45,613 nucleotides of DNA, taken from Diploschistes diacapsis. Taxonomy: Eukaryota. Position 1 is the first letter of the stretch; the number at the start of each line of letters is the position of its first letter. The stretch spans positions 1 to 45,613 of the forward strand of contig JALAIB010000029.1 of assembly GCA_023645945.1 (NCBI GenBank), in the 5' to 3' direction. The notes below the pieces were generated by a model, which saw only the letters and a list, made by a program, of their open reading frames with translations, was not told the origin of the DNA and did not search any database. The position numbers and the translations under genes were made by a program. Positions 10,471 through 22,851 of the stretch are shown here, piece by piece.

Positions 10471-11820
10471 TCAACGCCCCATCCCTCCTACACCCTGCAC
10501 CGCACTCAGTATTTGAGCGAGCATCTGCTTTTGCTCGTTCTGCTCCTTCTCCATTCTCTCAATCCTCGACATCAGCACCTGCCCACTTGGCTGTTTGGGC
10601 CCGCCAGCCGCCGACGCACTCGCAGAAGCCGACGAACTATTCGTCGTTCCCGCGCTGGTGTTTGGGATCATTGGAGGCATCATGTGGGCCATTGGCGCTA
10701 TTTCGTTGGTCGTCCGGCTGCGTGACAACGGCGGCTGCACCAAGCTCTCGCTTGGGCCGCTTGAGGACGGCGTTCGGTAACTCGGACGGGGCGGCGGTGG
10801 GGTTGGAGCAGGGGCATTGTAAGGGCGATACTGACGTGGAGAGGCTGAAGGATGATTGATGGTACTGCTGTAGTCTGGAGGTTCTGGGCCTCGCGGTGGT
10901 GGTAGCGGAGGTTGAGGCGAGAGTTGAGTGGTGTGGCCAAGCTGGAGCGGTTGGTACGGACGTGCTGGAAGATTGCTGAAGCCCGAAGCCTGCCGTCGTG
11001 GCGCAGGCTGCTGTAGTTGGGGCACCTGGACTATCTGAGGAATCTGTGGCGATCCTGATTCTCGACCTTCGAACGTTGATGATGAGGTGGCGGGTGCGGC
11101 CGAGATGGACTTTTTCTTCTTCTTCCGCTTGACCTCGTCACCATCCTCCAGCCACTCCCATCGCCCGGTCTTGGTCGGCCCTGGCATCTTGCCGTTTGGG
11201 TCCTCGAAGGGCTGCGGGATGTGCAGTCCCTGCGCGATCTCGGCCAACTCTTTCTCCGTCTTGTACTTCTTCCTAGCATTGTAAATATCTCTTCTTAGAA
11301 CCTTGATTCCCGGCCATAGTCTCTGCAGCTCTTCCAAGGTTTCTACGGGCGTTCTACCAGCCTCCGTCATTTCGTTGACTTTGACTAGCTGCTCATCCGT
11401 CATACGTCGCAGCGACGGATGAACGCTGAGATCTACAGATGGGGGATGGTTGTGCTGCGGGTTTTCCGTATGACAGCGCCATATTTTGTCCTTTTTCATA
11501 GTAGCCTTAACATTGAAGGGGCAGCCGGTAAGTCGCGTAGCTTTGCGCTTCCTTTTGCGATTCTCCGGGTCGTGCAGATGCTTGTCGGCGTATTCGCCTC
11601 CTCGATCACATTTTATCCAAAGTCGGTTTGGTCTTGAGCGACCTATGACGACCGCGAAACCCTGGTGCTCGCCCCATTCTTTCAGAAAGTCGAGGAGATC
11701 GTCGCGGCTTGCAAACTCTCCTGGTGGGGGTGGAGAGAGATTCATAGCTGGAGGATTGTTGCCATTGGTTGGCAGAGGTTGCGCCTCTTGCTCTGGCGGA
11801 GGTAGAAGCACGCCGTACAT
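10471..11820 (-). CDS. FAR1-like (Mutator-transposase-derived) DNA-binding protein, putative transcription factor
   Basis: F.SRDDL...W...QGFAVVIGRS...CDRGG.Y...TRLTGCPF...W......HNH...H...RR...RDIYNAR, followed by a basic NLS, a Pro/Gln/Ser-rich region and a C-terminal coiled coil. No DDE domain. Confidence 0.85.
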   Translation of the reverse strand: MYGVLLPPPEQEAQPLPTNGNNPPAMNLSPPPPGEFASRDDLLDFLKEWGEHQGFAVVIGRSRPNRLWIKCDRGGEYADKHLHDPENRKRKRKATRLTGCPFNVKATMKKDKIWRCHTENPQHNHPPSVDLSVHPSLRRMTDEQLVKVNEMTEAGRTPVETLEELQRLWPGIKVLRRDIYNARKKYKTEKELAEIAQGLHIPQPFEDPNGKMPGPTKTGRWEWLEDGDEVKRKKKKKSISAAPATSSSTFEGRESGSPQIPQIVQVPQLQQPAPRRQASGFSNLPARPYQPLQLGHTTQLSPQPPLPPPRGPEPPDYSSTINHPSASPRQYRPYNAPAPTPPPPRPSYRTPSSSGPSESLVQPPLSRSRTTNEIAPMAHMMPPMIPNTSAGTTNSSSASASASAAGGPKQPSGQVLMSRIERMEKEQNEQKQMLAQILSAVQGVGGMGR

Positions 11821-12345
11821 GGAGGCGAGTTGAGAGCTAAGAGCCTAGAACTCAATAATGTGGACGAAGAAAGGTACATGTGAGCGAGTAACTCACTATG
11901 CTCCGACCGCTAGGGGTCACAGCGATTGTGGGCTCACGCAGCCTCTTTCAGGCCCGAGTTCAGCTGAAAAACCCTCCCGCGAACGCGCTTGTCGTGATAG
12001 AGCGTGGGAAGCAAAACAAGGTGTAGGAGGAAGAGGGTGATGTTTTGCTAGGCTCAATCAAGCAACACACCTCGCCTGCGGATCAACCGTGCTGACGGAG
12101 CCCCTTTCGGCCCTCTGGACTGCTAGTGCGAGAGAAGAACGTCGCTCGCTGTAGGGCATGTAAAACCTAAAACGCTAACGTTTGGACGCAAATAGAGCCA
12201 TAGAGCCTATACCAAACCTCGGCCCATCCATAAAGTGAGGCTACTATATCTACAATGTGCACCAAGCATCTACGCCTTTTACAAAGCAACACGGCTTCGA
12301 CGATTGAATGTGAGCACCGGATTGGCTTACGTGAAACACTCGAAA

Positions 12346-13405
12346 ATGGGGAATACAGACTCTGACAGTGATTCTGGTGATCTTCGTTGGAGTGATTCAG
12401 CCGTTCCGAACCAACACAAAAGGAAGACCCCTATCGTGTATCCCGCACAGGCGAGCCATGAACATACCTTGATCGTGTTGCAGTAAGTCCTAGACAGCAA
12501 ATTTCACTATGTGGAGATGCGTGATTAAATCTCATTTTGAGGTAGCGGTCGGGGTGACACTGCGCAGCAATTCGGGATGCTTTTCCATCTATCCTCTACC
12601 ACTCATGGCCCGGATCTCTATACAGTTTCTACCGAACACGAAATTCATTTTCCCTTCTGCGAGGCGATTGCCCGCCCAATGTCTGAACTACAAAGGTGAT
12701 ATCAACCAATGGTTCGATATAGAATCGCTCTCCGAGACGACTCGCCATGAAGAATTGCAGATACCGGGCTTGCAAGAAAGCGTGTTATACCTAAAAGATA
12801 TTATCGAGGAGGAAATGGCGAGCGGCATTCCTGCTAATAAGATAGTCGTTGCAGGCCTGAGCCAGGGCTGCGCGACTGCTCTGTACCTTCTATTAACATA
12901 CCAGCTTCCAGGCTCCCAGGAAGAACCGTTACCTGCCCTAGGAGCCGTCGTGGGTATGAGCGGCTGGCTTCCGTTCGTACAGCGTCTGAGGGCTCTCTCA
13001 AGCCATAATAACTCCGTTCATGTCGAGGCCAGTTCAGAAAAAGGTGTCAAAGCCCTGCAAGAAATCTGTAGGCTCACAGCAGCTCCTGGCTTACCCGACA
13101 AGACGAATATACAGAAAACGCCCGTATTCCTCGGACACGGGACCCTGGACAACAAGGTAAACATTCGGCATGGAGAATTAGGCCGGGACGTACTTCGTGA
13201 GTTGGGCCTGCAGGTGCAGTGGAGGACTTACGAGGATGGCCACTGGTATACGGAACCTGAAGAGATTGACGATATCGTCGCTTTCCTGCAAGAGAATACG
13301 GGAATACATGTTGCTACACTCCCAGTACAAGAAACAGAGGCCAGCGAAGGCAGACGAAAGGGCTTGCGCCCCACTGCTGGAAACACGGTCTTGCGAGGTT
13401 GGTAA
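12346..13405 (+). pseudogene. Phospholipase/carboxylesterase (acyl-protein thioesterase, Abhydrolase_2) with one apparent frameshift
   Basis: Exon 1 (12346-12482) ends ...HEHTLIVL-H; intron 12483-12545; then HGRGD. Downstream motifs LPNTKFIFPSA, QWFD, GLSQG, TPVFLGHG..D.KV and GHW lie in a different frame, with the shift at about 12605-12625. Confidence 0.75.
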
Positions 13406-13592
13406 AGTAGATCGCAGGCTCGATTAGTAGCAAGATAAAACCTTAGTCATGCGCAGCAGACATGTCAAGCTGAGGATTATCAGCAAGTGTGAGCGACAGC
13501 CGTTTGTAGCACATGCTTGCAATCCTTAACAGCGCTTTGGCATCCTCATAGAGCTTCGAGCGTAACAAATACAGGTATTGAATAGTGCCCGA

Positions 13593-16500
13593 TTAGAGCT
13601 CCTCGATATTGGCGATTAACTCTTCCATGGAGTCAAGACTGTGGTCTCTCGATAAGCACGCCAAATGGCTAGAACTGCAGAAGGTCAGCAACAACCACGG
13701 CTCCGCGTATCTCCAACCTACAGTTGCATCAACTTCTTCTGCCTAGCAGTGTCCTCCAGCTCGCGAGATTTGGCGGCTGCGACGTCGAGTACCGGCTGCG
13801 GTACGTTTGCTAGCTTAGCAACATTCAACCTTTATCGTCACAGTTAGTAGACGAGCTACCACAGAGGGTACCTTAAACTTTACCCGTATGATCGGTGTGC
13901 AACACCTTCCCCAACCTCATAGAGGAAAGTGATGTCTTGTTCCCCCTTTTTGCCCTCCGCAAATCTCATGTGTACATTTCTTAGTTCGTGATTTTGGAAC
14001 GTATCGGCTATTTTGCTCAGAATCTGGTAATGGGTAATGAACAACGTGAGACTTTTAGTCTCCTTGACAACATATTCAAGCACAGCCTGGGCGATTGCAA
14101 CGCCATCGTGTGTTGATGTTCCTCTTCCAAGCTCGTCTAGGATGATCAAGGATCTTGGAGACGCCTGCTTCAATATGTCGGAAGTTTCTGAAAGCTCAAC
14201 CATGAATGTGGATTCGCCCGCCATCATGTTATCGAACGCCCCCATTCGAGTGAACACCGCATCGAGCATTCCTAGCTTTGCCGACACGGCGGGCACATAC
14301 GAACCAATTTGCCCCATGATCGCGATCAATGCAATCTGTCGGACATAGCTTGATTTACCGCCCATATTTGGTCCTGTGATCAGCAACGCCCGAGTCTCTT
14401 CACTGTGCAGATTTATGTCGTTGGCGACGTAAGTATCTAGGAGCAATTGCTCGACCATGGGGTGCCTACCCTTTTCAACGGTTATGCACATTTCTTCGCT
14501 GTACTCTGGTTTGACATAGCCAGGTTGTTCAGCTATCTCGGCCAAAGAAAGTAAACAGTCTAGGGTTGCCAGTGATTGAACACAGTCTCGAAGGGTAGAA
14601 TACTTTGAAGAAATATCTTTGAGCATGTCACGAAATGCTGAATCGCACGCTGCTGCAAGGGATTCTTTATACTGATCTCTGTCGCGGATCAACCGAACAA
14701 CGTCCGGAGTATGAAATCGGGATACCTTTTTGGTCCCGCTGATCTTCGCCCAAGATGCGGGAACGTTTTTCAACTGGCTGCCCTCCACCTCAATGAGATA
14801 CTCAATGCCAGCAACTGTCACATAGTCGACCCTGTTCTTCTTCAATTTCGCCGCAGCCACAGCTCGGTGTTCATTTAGCTCGTGCTCCACGCTTGCAATA
14901 CCGAGTTTGTGTTCCATGATTGCTTCAGTCTCTTCATCTTCACGGAAAAAGGAGAACTTATCATCACCTTTGGCAGCCTGCGCGTTGATCTTGTCCAAGT
15001 ACGCAATTACGTCGTCAAGGATAGTGGGGAGCATTGCTGTTGCTTCATTCAGCACGACTGATTTAAACCCAGCATCTGACGGAGACTTGACGGATGCAAA
15101 GGACATGGCAATCTGATGCAGGGCCTGAAGCACGTGGAGCAGTTCAGAGCGAATGCACTTGCCATAATAGATCCTAATAAGACTTTTTTCGAGATCAATC
15201 TTGGTTTTGGACAGAACGTTCTTCAACCCATTCACGATATTGTCGTTTGATCCACCCTTGAGTTCTTCCACTGCTGAGGTACGCTCCTGGAGTCTCCGCA
15301 TGTCTAACAAGGGGCGGCCGACCCATTTTCGCAGCAGCCGCTGACCGAAGCGAGTCCTGGTTCGATCGAGAGTCCAGAACAGGCTGCCCTTTTCGGAATG
15401 ATCTGTCTGATTCTGGTAGATCTCCAAGCTTGTTAGGGTAGTGCCATTGAGAAGCATGTGCGATCTTGCACTGAAGGATTGAAAATACTTTGTTAGGTCA
15501 AACACATGTTCCAGGCCGTAATCAGACATGTGCATTATCATTGCTGAAAGACATATTGTGACGTTTTCCGGGAGCTTGAGTACTTTTTCTAGCAGCGCAC
15601 CGCCTTGATGATCGGCTGCAACCGTCGAATCGCATACCTTTCCCGCGTAAAAGTTCGCAACGTGGCTATACGCTTGCGCAGTCATTGACTTGGGCTTCTC
15701 TACCCGCTCAACGCGTACTTTATCGCCAAAAACGTTCGTTTTACTACCAGATAGGTGCTGTACTAGCTTTTCAGTAGACTTGGAAAGCTCTCCAACGATG
15801 AGAAATTCACAAGGCGCAATGTGAAGCAAGCGGGTCTCGATCTCACTCCGCATGAAGCCGTCCTCGAAGTCATCGTAGATGACGTCTCCTGTGGCTGGTT
15901 GTACAGCTACAATACCAACATGAACCTTCTCATCTGTGCCCCAGCCTTTAGCCTTTGTCTCTGTAATGCAGAGCAAGTAGCTTGTGGCCGAGGATGAAGG
16001 AGAAGAACTTTCTCCCGAGCCTTCGAGGGTTTCGACGTCGTCAATGTACGTCCCTTTGGTGTATAGGTTGGTTAGCTTGCGCACGAAAGGAGCATTGCGA
16101 TTGTCACCAGCAGCCTTGAGCGCCGCAGTTTCGAGCTGTCTGACAATCCCGACTTTGTGGCCCGCCGCGATGAGACGTTTGACATGCACATGAAGTCGAT
16201 GGACTGGGATACTTGCTGACGCGAATCGTTCAAGGTGTGCCTCCGAGGGGTGATTGTCGAAGCGAAGTTTCCCAGATATACACACAATGCTCAGTTCCTT
16301 CGCCGCAACTCGAGCATCTTCTCCAAAGAAGCGAAACTTGTAGCCTACCTCTACCACCAATAAGGTATCTGGATGCTTCGCTTTGATTTCGATGACCTGC
16401 TTCTCCATAGGCGTCTGTTTGGAAACGCCTTTTTTCGCTTTGTGCCTTTTCCCAGAGCTTTTACTAGCAACCCCTTCCTCTTCAGAGCTTCCATAACTAT

Positions 16501-17098
16501 CTGCATCCTCCGCGTCTGAAGCTTCCTTTTGACGATTGCGTCTTCGAATATTTGCAACACTGTCAGGTCTCCCGAGCTTTCTCACGAACTTCTCATGCAG
16601 CCAAGTCTTACGCTGTGCCACTTCTTCGTCGTCCGGCTGCGCAGGCTTTTCTGTGCAATCTTGAACAGGGGAGCTAGAGTAAAGATACTTTGCGGTACGG
16701 TTGGAGATCCTGGCTTTTCTGGTAACATTCGGGTCGATTGCGCTCAAGGTGGCTTCAGATACCGTTCCTAAGTCTGCGTCTAGCTCTGTGGAGGCGGAGG
16801 AGTCCGATCGACGGGGCCGTTTTCTGTCTGGTAGCTCCTTGTCCCACCCAACTGAACTTGTTCTTTTCGATTGCTTGGGTGAAGGTAGACAAGCGTCAGG
16901 ACCGACCGAGTTTGCGTCAACATCCGTTGGCTCAGCTTCGTTACTCCGAGAGGTAGACGTTGAAGGAGGCGCCAGGGATCGGGCTTTACGTGCTGGTGGC
17001 ACCTTTGGTGCTGCTTCCCCCTTTGTAAAGAAGTTTGAGATAGATTGTTGCTTCTTCCTAGAAGGATCAAGCTGCGACGAGCGCTGCGAGGAACGCAT
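13593..17098 (-). CDS. MSH3: DNA mismatch repair protein MutS homolog 3
   Basis: [21 protein letters not shown] (Lys in the MSH3-type recognition loop), [31 protein letters not shown]. Introns 13830-13883 and 13675-13721 complete HRSYGLNVAKLA...IEEL*. Confidence 0.96.
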
Positions 17099-17185
17099 GA
17101 TGCTCTGCAATGCTAGCTCAGGTGGTTATCATGACTAGCTACTGCATGTCAAACACCCGGGAACTACTTCGTCACGGATTTCAGG

Positions 17186-17228
17186 ATTCGCGGAGGGAAC
17201 GGAAAACGCGCTCTACGCGCGCTGCGTC
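17186..17228. promoter_or_regulatory. Cluster of CGCG-core (MCB-like) elements upstream of MSH3
   Basis: TTCGCGG, AAACGCGCT and TACGCGCGCT lie within ~130 bp of the ATG. Confidence 0.4.
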
Positions 17229-18010
17229 AGCCAATCAAAACCCAGAATAAGCTCGAAAAATAGGTGCCTCTGCGTTTGTTAAACCGAGTCCAATAATAAC
17301 CTGTTTCTTGGTGTATTTTTCGAATTTAATTGGCTTTTTGGAGAACTCCAATGCGTTCTCAGAATCCAAGTTGCTATTATTTTCGATTGGTTGGCTAAGC
17401 GAGCTTGTTATTCTACATCCATGTTCTATGGAAAACGTGACTTGGAAGATACGAGCGCTCTTCCAATCCAAACAGGTCATGGAATTTATTAACCTTGGAA
17501 ACCTTACGACATACAAGTAGTACCTAGGTACCTCTTGGGTATATGTTCTGCAGCTACCAGACACAATTTAGATCGCAACGGCCTACTGTAGTTGGATGGG
17601 CATTGGTGTTCTGCACATCCACCTGAGTTTCTTCAAGAGTTCAATGTCCATTAGATTATAGTCTGACCATGACTGACTTCCGGTCTGCTAATTCTAAACA
17701 GAAATTCCTGTGCTTGATATAGAAAACTCCATGTCCGAGCATTCAATGCCCTGGTGTATCAAATATTTCACTACAACCCCAACAGGGGACATGGCAAGAC
17801 CAAGCCGCCGTTTCAGAAAGCATTTGTTGACAATAAGCACAAGAGCTGCATGCATGAAGGAGGTTCCTGGGGACTGACGAGTGGGACACAAAGCCTTCAA
17901 CTAGGCTTTCTCTGAGGAGATCAAATCCATCCGGCTTACGAAGAGCCAGATATACCAAGCTTCGCCGTCCTCAAGATAGTCCGTGGAGTAATAAGGGGTT
18001 GTGAAGAGTG

Positions 18011-18045
<35 letters not shown>
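18011..18045 (+). repeat. (CT)n microsatellite
   Basis: Seen directly in the sequence. Confidence 0.95.
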
Positions 18046-18093
18046 ATCGAGATGAATATTGGTCGCCAAAAGATGCACACCAGTTACCTAGGG

Positions 18094-19884
18094 CTAGTAA
18101 GGGCCTTCCCTGTCGTCAATGCCCTCATCAATGGTCTCGTCTCCTGAACTAAGAGCACGGTCGTGCTTGATCGTCGACTGCAAAGCTGCATCGAAGGTAC
18201 CCAAGGAGACTGGCTGATATCTTGGTTGCCTCGAACACAGAGCTGTGTACCATAACCCGTTCTGCGAATGTGCAGCGTGCGACGGGCGTCCGAGCGGATT
18301 GGTACTCTGATAACCCGAACTTGTGGCGCTTGAGAATCCTTGCCTGGCAAATAATTCCAGCGAGGGTGGCATTTGGCGCTGTAGCCGACGCCTCTCATCA
18401 TTCCCGAGCCGCTGGGAGCAATTGCTAGGCCAGGGCGAGCATAGTTCTGGATGAGCGGCTCTTTGAACCTGTCCATGGAGGGCAGGCGCTATGTTTTCTT
18501 TCTCCGGGCTCATGTCGATATGATCTTGAACTCTAGACTTCGGGAGCGACCCACCGGCCCACAAGCCTGTTGAGCCATCGTCCCACGTGTTGCACAGAAA
18601 CGGAGAGTGAGAGCCATTTGGATAAGGGCCGTAATTATGGAGCGACCCGTATGCGCGCGTATGGTTTACTGTAGCTATTTCGTCGTCGTTAAAGCACTGT
18701 GGTTCAACTTTCAGTCCGCGGGGTGTCTCGCACATTTTTGCTATTGGACTTGGGTAGCCATTCGGCGCATCACAGTCCATGGCGTTTGAGTAACGCTTTC
18801 TTCCCCTTGGCAGAACACCCATCGGTCCCTTGGGTTGTGGTATCAAGAAGCTTCCTGATCTCGTGGGCCTGGCTTGCTCTGCATTTGTGAAATCTCCTTG
18901 ATTTTCAAAGCTAGTATACGCCATGTCGGAGTTGAGATCCAGTTCTAGTAAGGGAGTTCTTGGGTTTGCCGACTGTCCTGGCTTCTTCTTCTTCCTTGGT
19001 ATTTCCACCGCGGGTGGGCTACTTTCAACATCACCAGAGATAAATCGTTCCTTTTTGAGCTCCCATGAAGGAAAGTAAATCATTTCCGTTGGCTCCACAA
19101 GTTGCGAATTTGCCTGCATTGCGGCAAGGACAGAACTGCCTTTTTTCTGATTTCTCATCCGTCGTGCCTCAGGACTTGCAGCATCGAAAAGATCCATGCC
19201 AGGCCAGATGACACCTTTGAGCTTTGTCATGTCAGGTTTCTCGTCCGCATTTTCAATTTCCTCAACTTCATCTACATTGCCGGTATCCAAGCCTTCAAAA
19301 TATGGCGTATTGACACGAGGGTGCTCCTCATCGTGGTACAGTATAGGGTAAGGATGCTTGCGGCTAACTCTGTCAACTTGATAAGGATTGTTCGCATACC
19401 GCTCAGTCGGCGTGGAGTATTGATTCTCGTTGGAATATACGGTTGACCCCCTCGTCCTGGATCTTGTAGTCGGAGTCGATGGGATTGTAGTAAGTGAACG
19501 AACGTCAAGGGTGGGACCAGAAAGATTCGGGTCAATTGCTGGCTCAGGCTTTCGGAAAGCCTCACTACGTGAGACAACGCCTTTCTTTCCCGGCTTTTCC
19601 TGTCTTTTCGCTGCCTTCTTTGATCTCGGCAAGGTTTTTGTATTCTTCTTGGACTCTTTCTGGAGCATACGTTGGGAAAGCAGCCTTTCCATGCTATTCT
19701 TGGAGTACCAGTCATCGTAGGCTTGGAGCTTTTGAGCGGCCTCAGTATCTTGGTGACTGCGAACCTGAGCATGGAAATAATTGGATAAATGGCTCTTCGA
19801 GGCAATGTGGGTGAGCAGATGGGATATGTCGCTATACTCATGGCTTTTGGAGCAAACTGTGCATTTAAGAGGGAAGGAAGCCAT
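18094..19884 (-). CDS. Uncharacterised fungal protein with an N-terminal C2H2-like zinc finger
   Basis: ~596-aa intronless ORF. CTVC-x9-SHLLTHIASKSHLSNYF, plus a second ordered block LKGVIWPGMDLFDAA...RRMRNQKK. Confidence 0.82.
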   Translation of the reverse strand: MASFPLKCTVCSKSHEYSDISHLLTHIASKSHLSNYFHAQVRSHQDTEAAQKLQAYDDWYSKNSMERLLSQRMLQKESKKNTKTLPRSKKAAKRQEKPGKKGVVSRSEAFRKPEPAIDPNLSGPTLDVRSLTTIPSTPTTRSRTRGSTVYSNENQYSTPTERYANNPYQVDRVSRKHPYPILYHDEEHPRVNTPYFEGLDTGNVDEVEEIENADEKPDMTKLKGVIWPGMDLFDAASPEARRMRNQKKGSSVLAAMQANSQLVEPTEMIYFPSWELKKERFISGDVESSPPAVEIPRKKKKPGQSANPRTPLLELDLNSDMAYTSFENQGDFTNAEQARPTRSGSFLIPQPKGPMGVLPRGRKRYSNAMDCDAPNGYPSPIAKMCETPRGLKVEPQCFNDDEIATVNHTRAYGSLHNYGPYPNGSHSPFLCNTWDDGSTGLWAGGSLPKSRVQDHIDMSPEKENIAPALHGQVQRAAHPELCSPWPSNCSQRLGNDERRRLQRQMPPSLELFARQGFSSATSSGYQSTNPLGRPSHAAHSQNGLWYTALCSRQPRYQPVSLGTFDAALQSTIKHDRALSSGDETIDEGIDDREGPY

Positions 19885-20511
19885 TTGACTGAGAGTGCCA
19901 ATTCCGAGCAATGATTGCGTCTAAAGGGAAGCAACTGGCAGCATTGACGACAGTGCTCCTTGCCCGCTTATCAAAGCGAAAGTGAGCTCTTCCCCGTGAA
20001 CGGGCTGATATTCTAAAGCCAGTGAATTTTAGACAGTGTCCATGAGAAGGAGAAAGGACGAGTTGACAGCTCGTACTTGTACGTGGAACGTGCTTGAAGC
20101 TCTATGAGGGGAGATATAAGGAAATGGCAGCCGAGAGTGGCAAAAGTAGGAAGGAGCCTCCGTATGTAGGCAATGGACTTTAAGCTGGCCGACTTGGAAG
20201 TTGGTCGTAGGCCAGACTACTGAGTATCGATCAATGAATTGGAGCAGTCAGTCCCCAGAAGCAATGAAATATCACTTCCTGTTAGTTCAAGACCCATCTC
20301 CTTTTCCAGCATTGGCATATGCTGAGTAGCTGCAATAGTCCGCACAGTCCTCAACTCCCCTCCCTACTATGCCACTCGGACATCTACCGCCTGAATTAAG
20401 AAAAAACCTACTATACTATAGGAAACTAGTTAACTCCACGGGGCGTACAAGGAACTGAAATACGCTTTCTCATAGACTCGTGGCAGCGATACTCCAACAA
20501 GCCTAAAGTTA

Positions 20512-21752
20512 CTACTCCATTAATATCTTTTTTGTTATGTTGGAAGGCATACAGCTTGGGAGCAGGGTTAGCGCATCGTGAGAAATCCGAGACAAAAGTA
20601 AACCATGCAAGACTTACTATCTTGGATCAACTGACTGCACGCCTGGAAAGCCCAGGAGGCTCAGGCCTGCTATACCGAAGACGGTGTGGAAGACATCGAC
20701 CATATCTCCTGGTCGGTCCGCTAGCCCGCCGGTTTTCGGGTCCTTGTCAGGTTAGTAAGAAGTCGAAGTTGTAGCTCCTCGCTGCGTATTACGGACCTGA
20801 CAGGAAAGAATGAATTCTTTCAGTTTCTCTTTGTCGATCCAATCTAGCCTTCCTATCATCGCCAGGCTGCTGAGAACCCACCAACTATAGCAAACGTCTT
20901 CAACCTTTTCTGGCCGCCCATTCAGCCCACCGTTATCGAGCTGCCTCTCACTCAGCCAACCGGCCAGACGATCCCTGTCGATAAGGTCCAGGCGTTTGCA
21001 GATACTGAGGGCACCAACGCAGGCGAAAACTTGTCCGGCGTGCGACTCTGCACCCGGGCGGACGCCGTAAGCACCGTCAAAATTTGCGCAGTTTTGGATG
21101 TGTGCAACGGCTCTATCGACATCCACAAGCGATAGGAGATCCAAAAGGGATAATGCATTCAGTGCCGCGTAAAGGAACCGGGTATCTGTCTCACCCCATT
21201 CGTCTCCAGCAAAGGTGCCCGTGTTCCTGTCCTGGAGACCAGCGACGACTGTCGAAGTAGGATTAGCGGCCCATTCATCATCTTGGAGGGCATGCGTGAT
21301 GTACACTCTGCCACTTTTCGACAACCTCCCTTTCCCTGGGCGTCAAGCTCTGATAAAGCGTCAAGCATCACGATAATTTGAACTGCACTGGTTGTATATA
21401 GCAAATGTGCATCGTGCCCTGGGGCAGCTCCGAACCCGCCGCTCTCATGCTGGCAGGAGAGGACAAAGGCTATTGCGTCCTTCCGTGACAAGGCGTCAGG
21501 GTAGCCCAGTAGATGCAAGGCTGTCAGGCCCCAATAGAGGCCGTTCAGTCTAAGGTGCTCGGTCAGCCAATACTCGAGCTCATCTTTCTGCTGCAACAAT
21601 TGAGCCAAAAATTCGCTGGAACGGCAGTGTCAACTTGCAGTGTCCAATCCCTGTATGTACTTCACGTGTTGCGCAGTGAGAAGACCGAGCCCTTGTGGAG
21701 TAGTAGTGCTTGTAGTTGAGCCGGCCATGCCACTCCCCGAAGGCGAGGACAT
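20512..21752 (-). CDS. BET2: Rab geranylgeranyltransferase (type II) beta subunit; 5 exons
   Basis: [62 protein letters not shown]. Introns 21591-21638 (GC-AG), 21249-21304, 20743-20796, 20555-20617. Confidence 0.95.
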
Positions 21753-22851
21753 CCTACCGGCTAAGGTATTCAGAATTGCTGAACAGTATGGACATGTTCC
21801 TGTAATATAAGCTGATGTTGAGAGAGACAAACGGGGGGGAACAGGGGGGTTCTATCCAGTACTCGGTTTGATATTCCTAAAATCTAGTCTACTACGGAGG
21901 AGGTAATATGAAGGTCTATCCTCCTACAATTAAATGTATTCCTTCGCTTGGGGGCGGCTCCAGATTATGTATACTCTAGAGCACGTCTCGTCTCAATTTC
22001 AAAATCGCTTTCACCTAACCTGCAGCTTACGCTCAATTGCCCACCTGCCTCTCTCCAAGTCTCGACTTTTCCTTCCTACGACCTATCGACTAGCCGTGGT
22101 GCCCATTACGTTGTCTCTCGGCTGCATCGGTGCCAACCCTATCGCTTGGAAGGGATGCGCTACTTTATCCGTTAAGTCTCGACGTATCTCTCTCTCTTCT
22201 ACTCGAAGCTGAACACATGCGATGATTTGATACTCTGACCGAGTGAAGCGCCTCAACCTGCCAGGCTATCAGACTCCGCTGAAGCGCTGGATTTCTCTGA
22301 TTCGACATCAAATTTGAAGGGGGCTCCCAACAAATGAAGTGGCTACCATAGTACCACAGCACCAGTACAATAGGTGTCCAGCACCTTGGAGTACTTGAAA
22401 CGTTATCAATATCACTTCAAAGCTAAATCGGTGAAGAGCAGCATAGTAGGTGTCCGTCCATTGATCTTACTTTTGAGGATTGTCTCTAAGCCGGCCACAG
22501 CACCAAGACCATCATCCTACACGCTCCGAACGCCCAATTTGGCTGACCGGCCTTGCATTAACTGCATACTTACTGTGCGAGCTTGCGATATTGACATCAA
22601 TGGTACTCCACACACAAGACGCTGACTCTACAGCTTAACCGGTTTCAACGAAGTTGCCCCGCACTGAAACCGGTCGAAGCGCGACCTTTCCCAGACTCAA
22701 GTCTTACGGTTCACCTTTCGCTTTTTATTTTGGGGACAGCAGATTAAAAGTAAGGTAGGGAAAAGGGAGTTGCAGAGGGCGAGTCTGGTGCAGCTTGAAG
22801 TGGCCACAAGAAAGCGAGACCTGCCCGGAAGGCTGAACGCTGGTGAAGAGC

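Noticed and set aside
17229..17415. Short inverted matches (TCGAAAAATA/TATTTTTCGA; AGCCAAT/ATTGGCT) as a MITE or hairpin
   Set aside because: Arms are short and not consistently nested; could be CCAAT boxes or chance matches.
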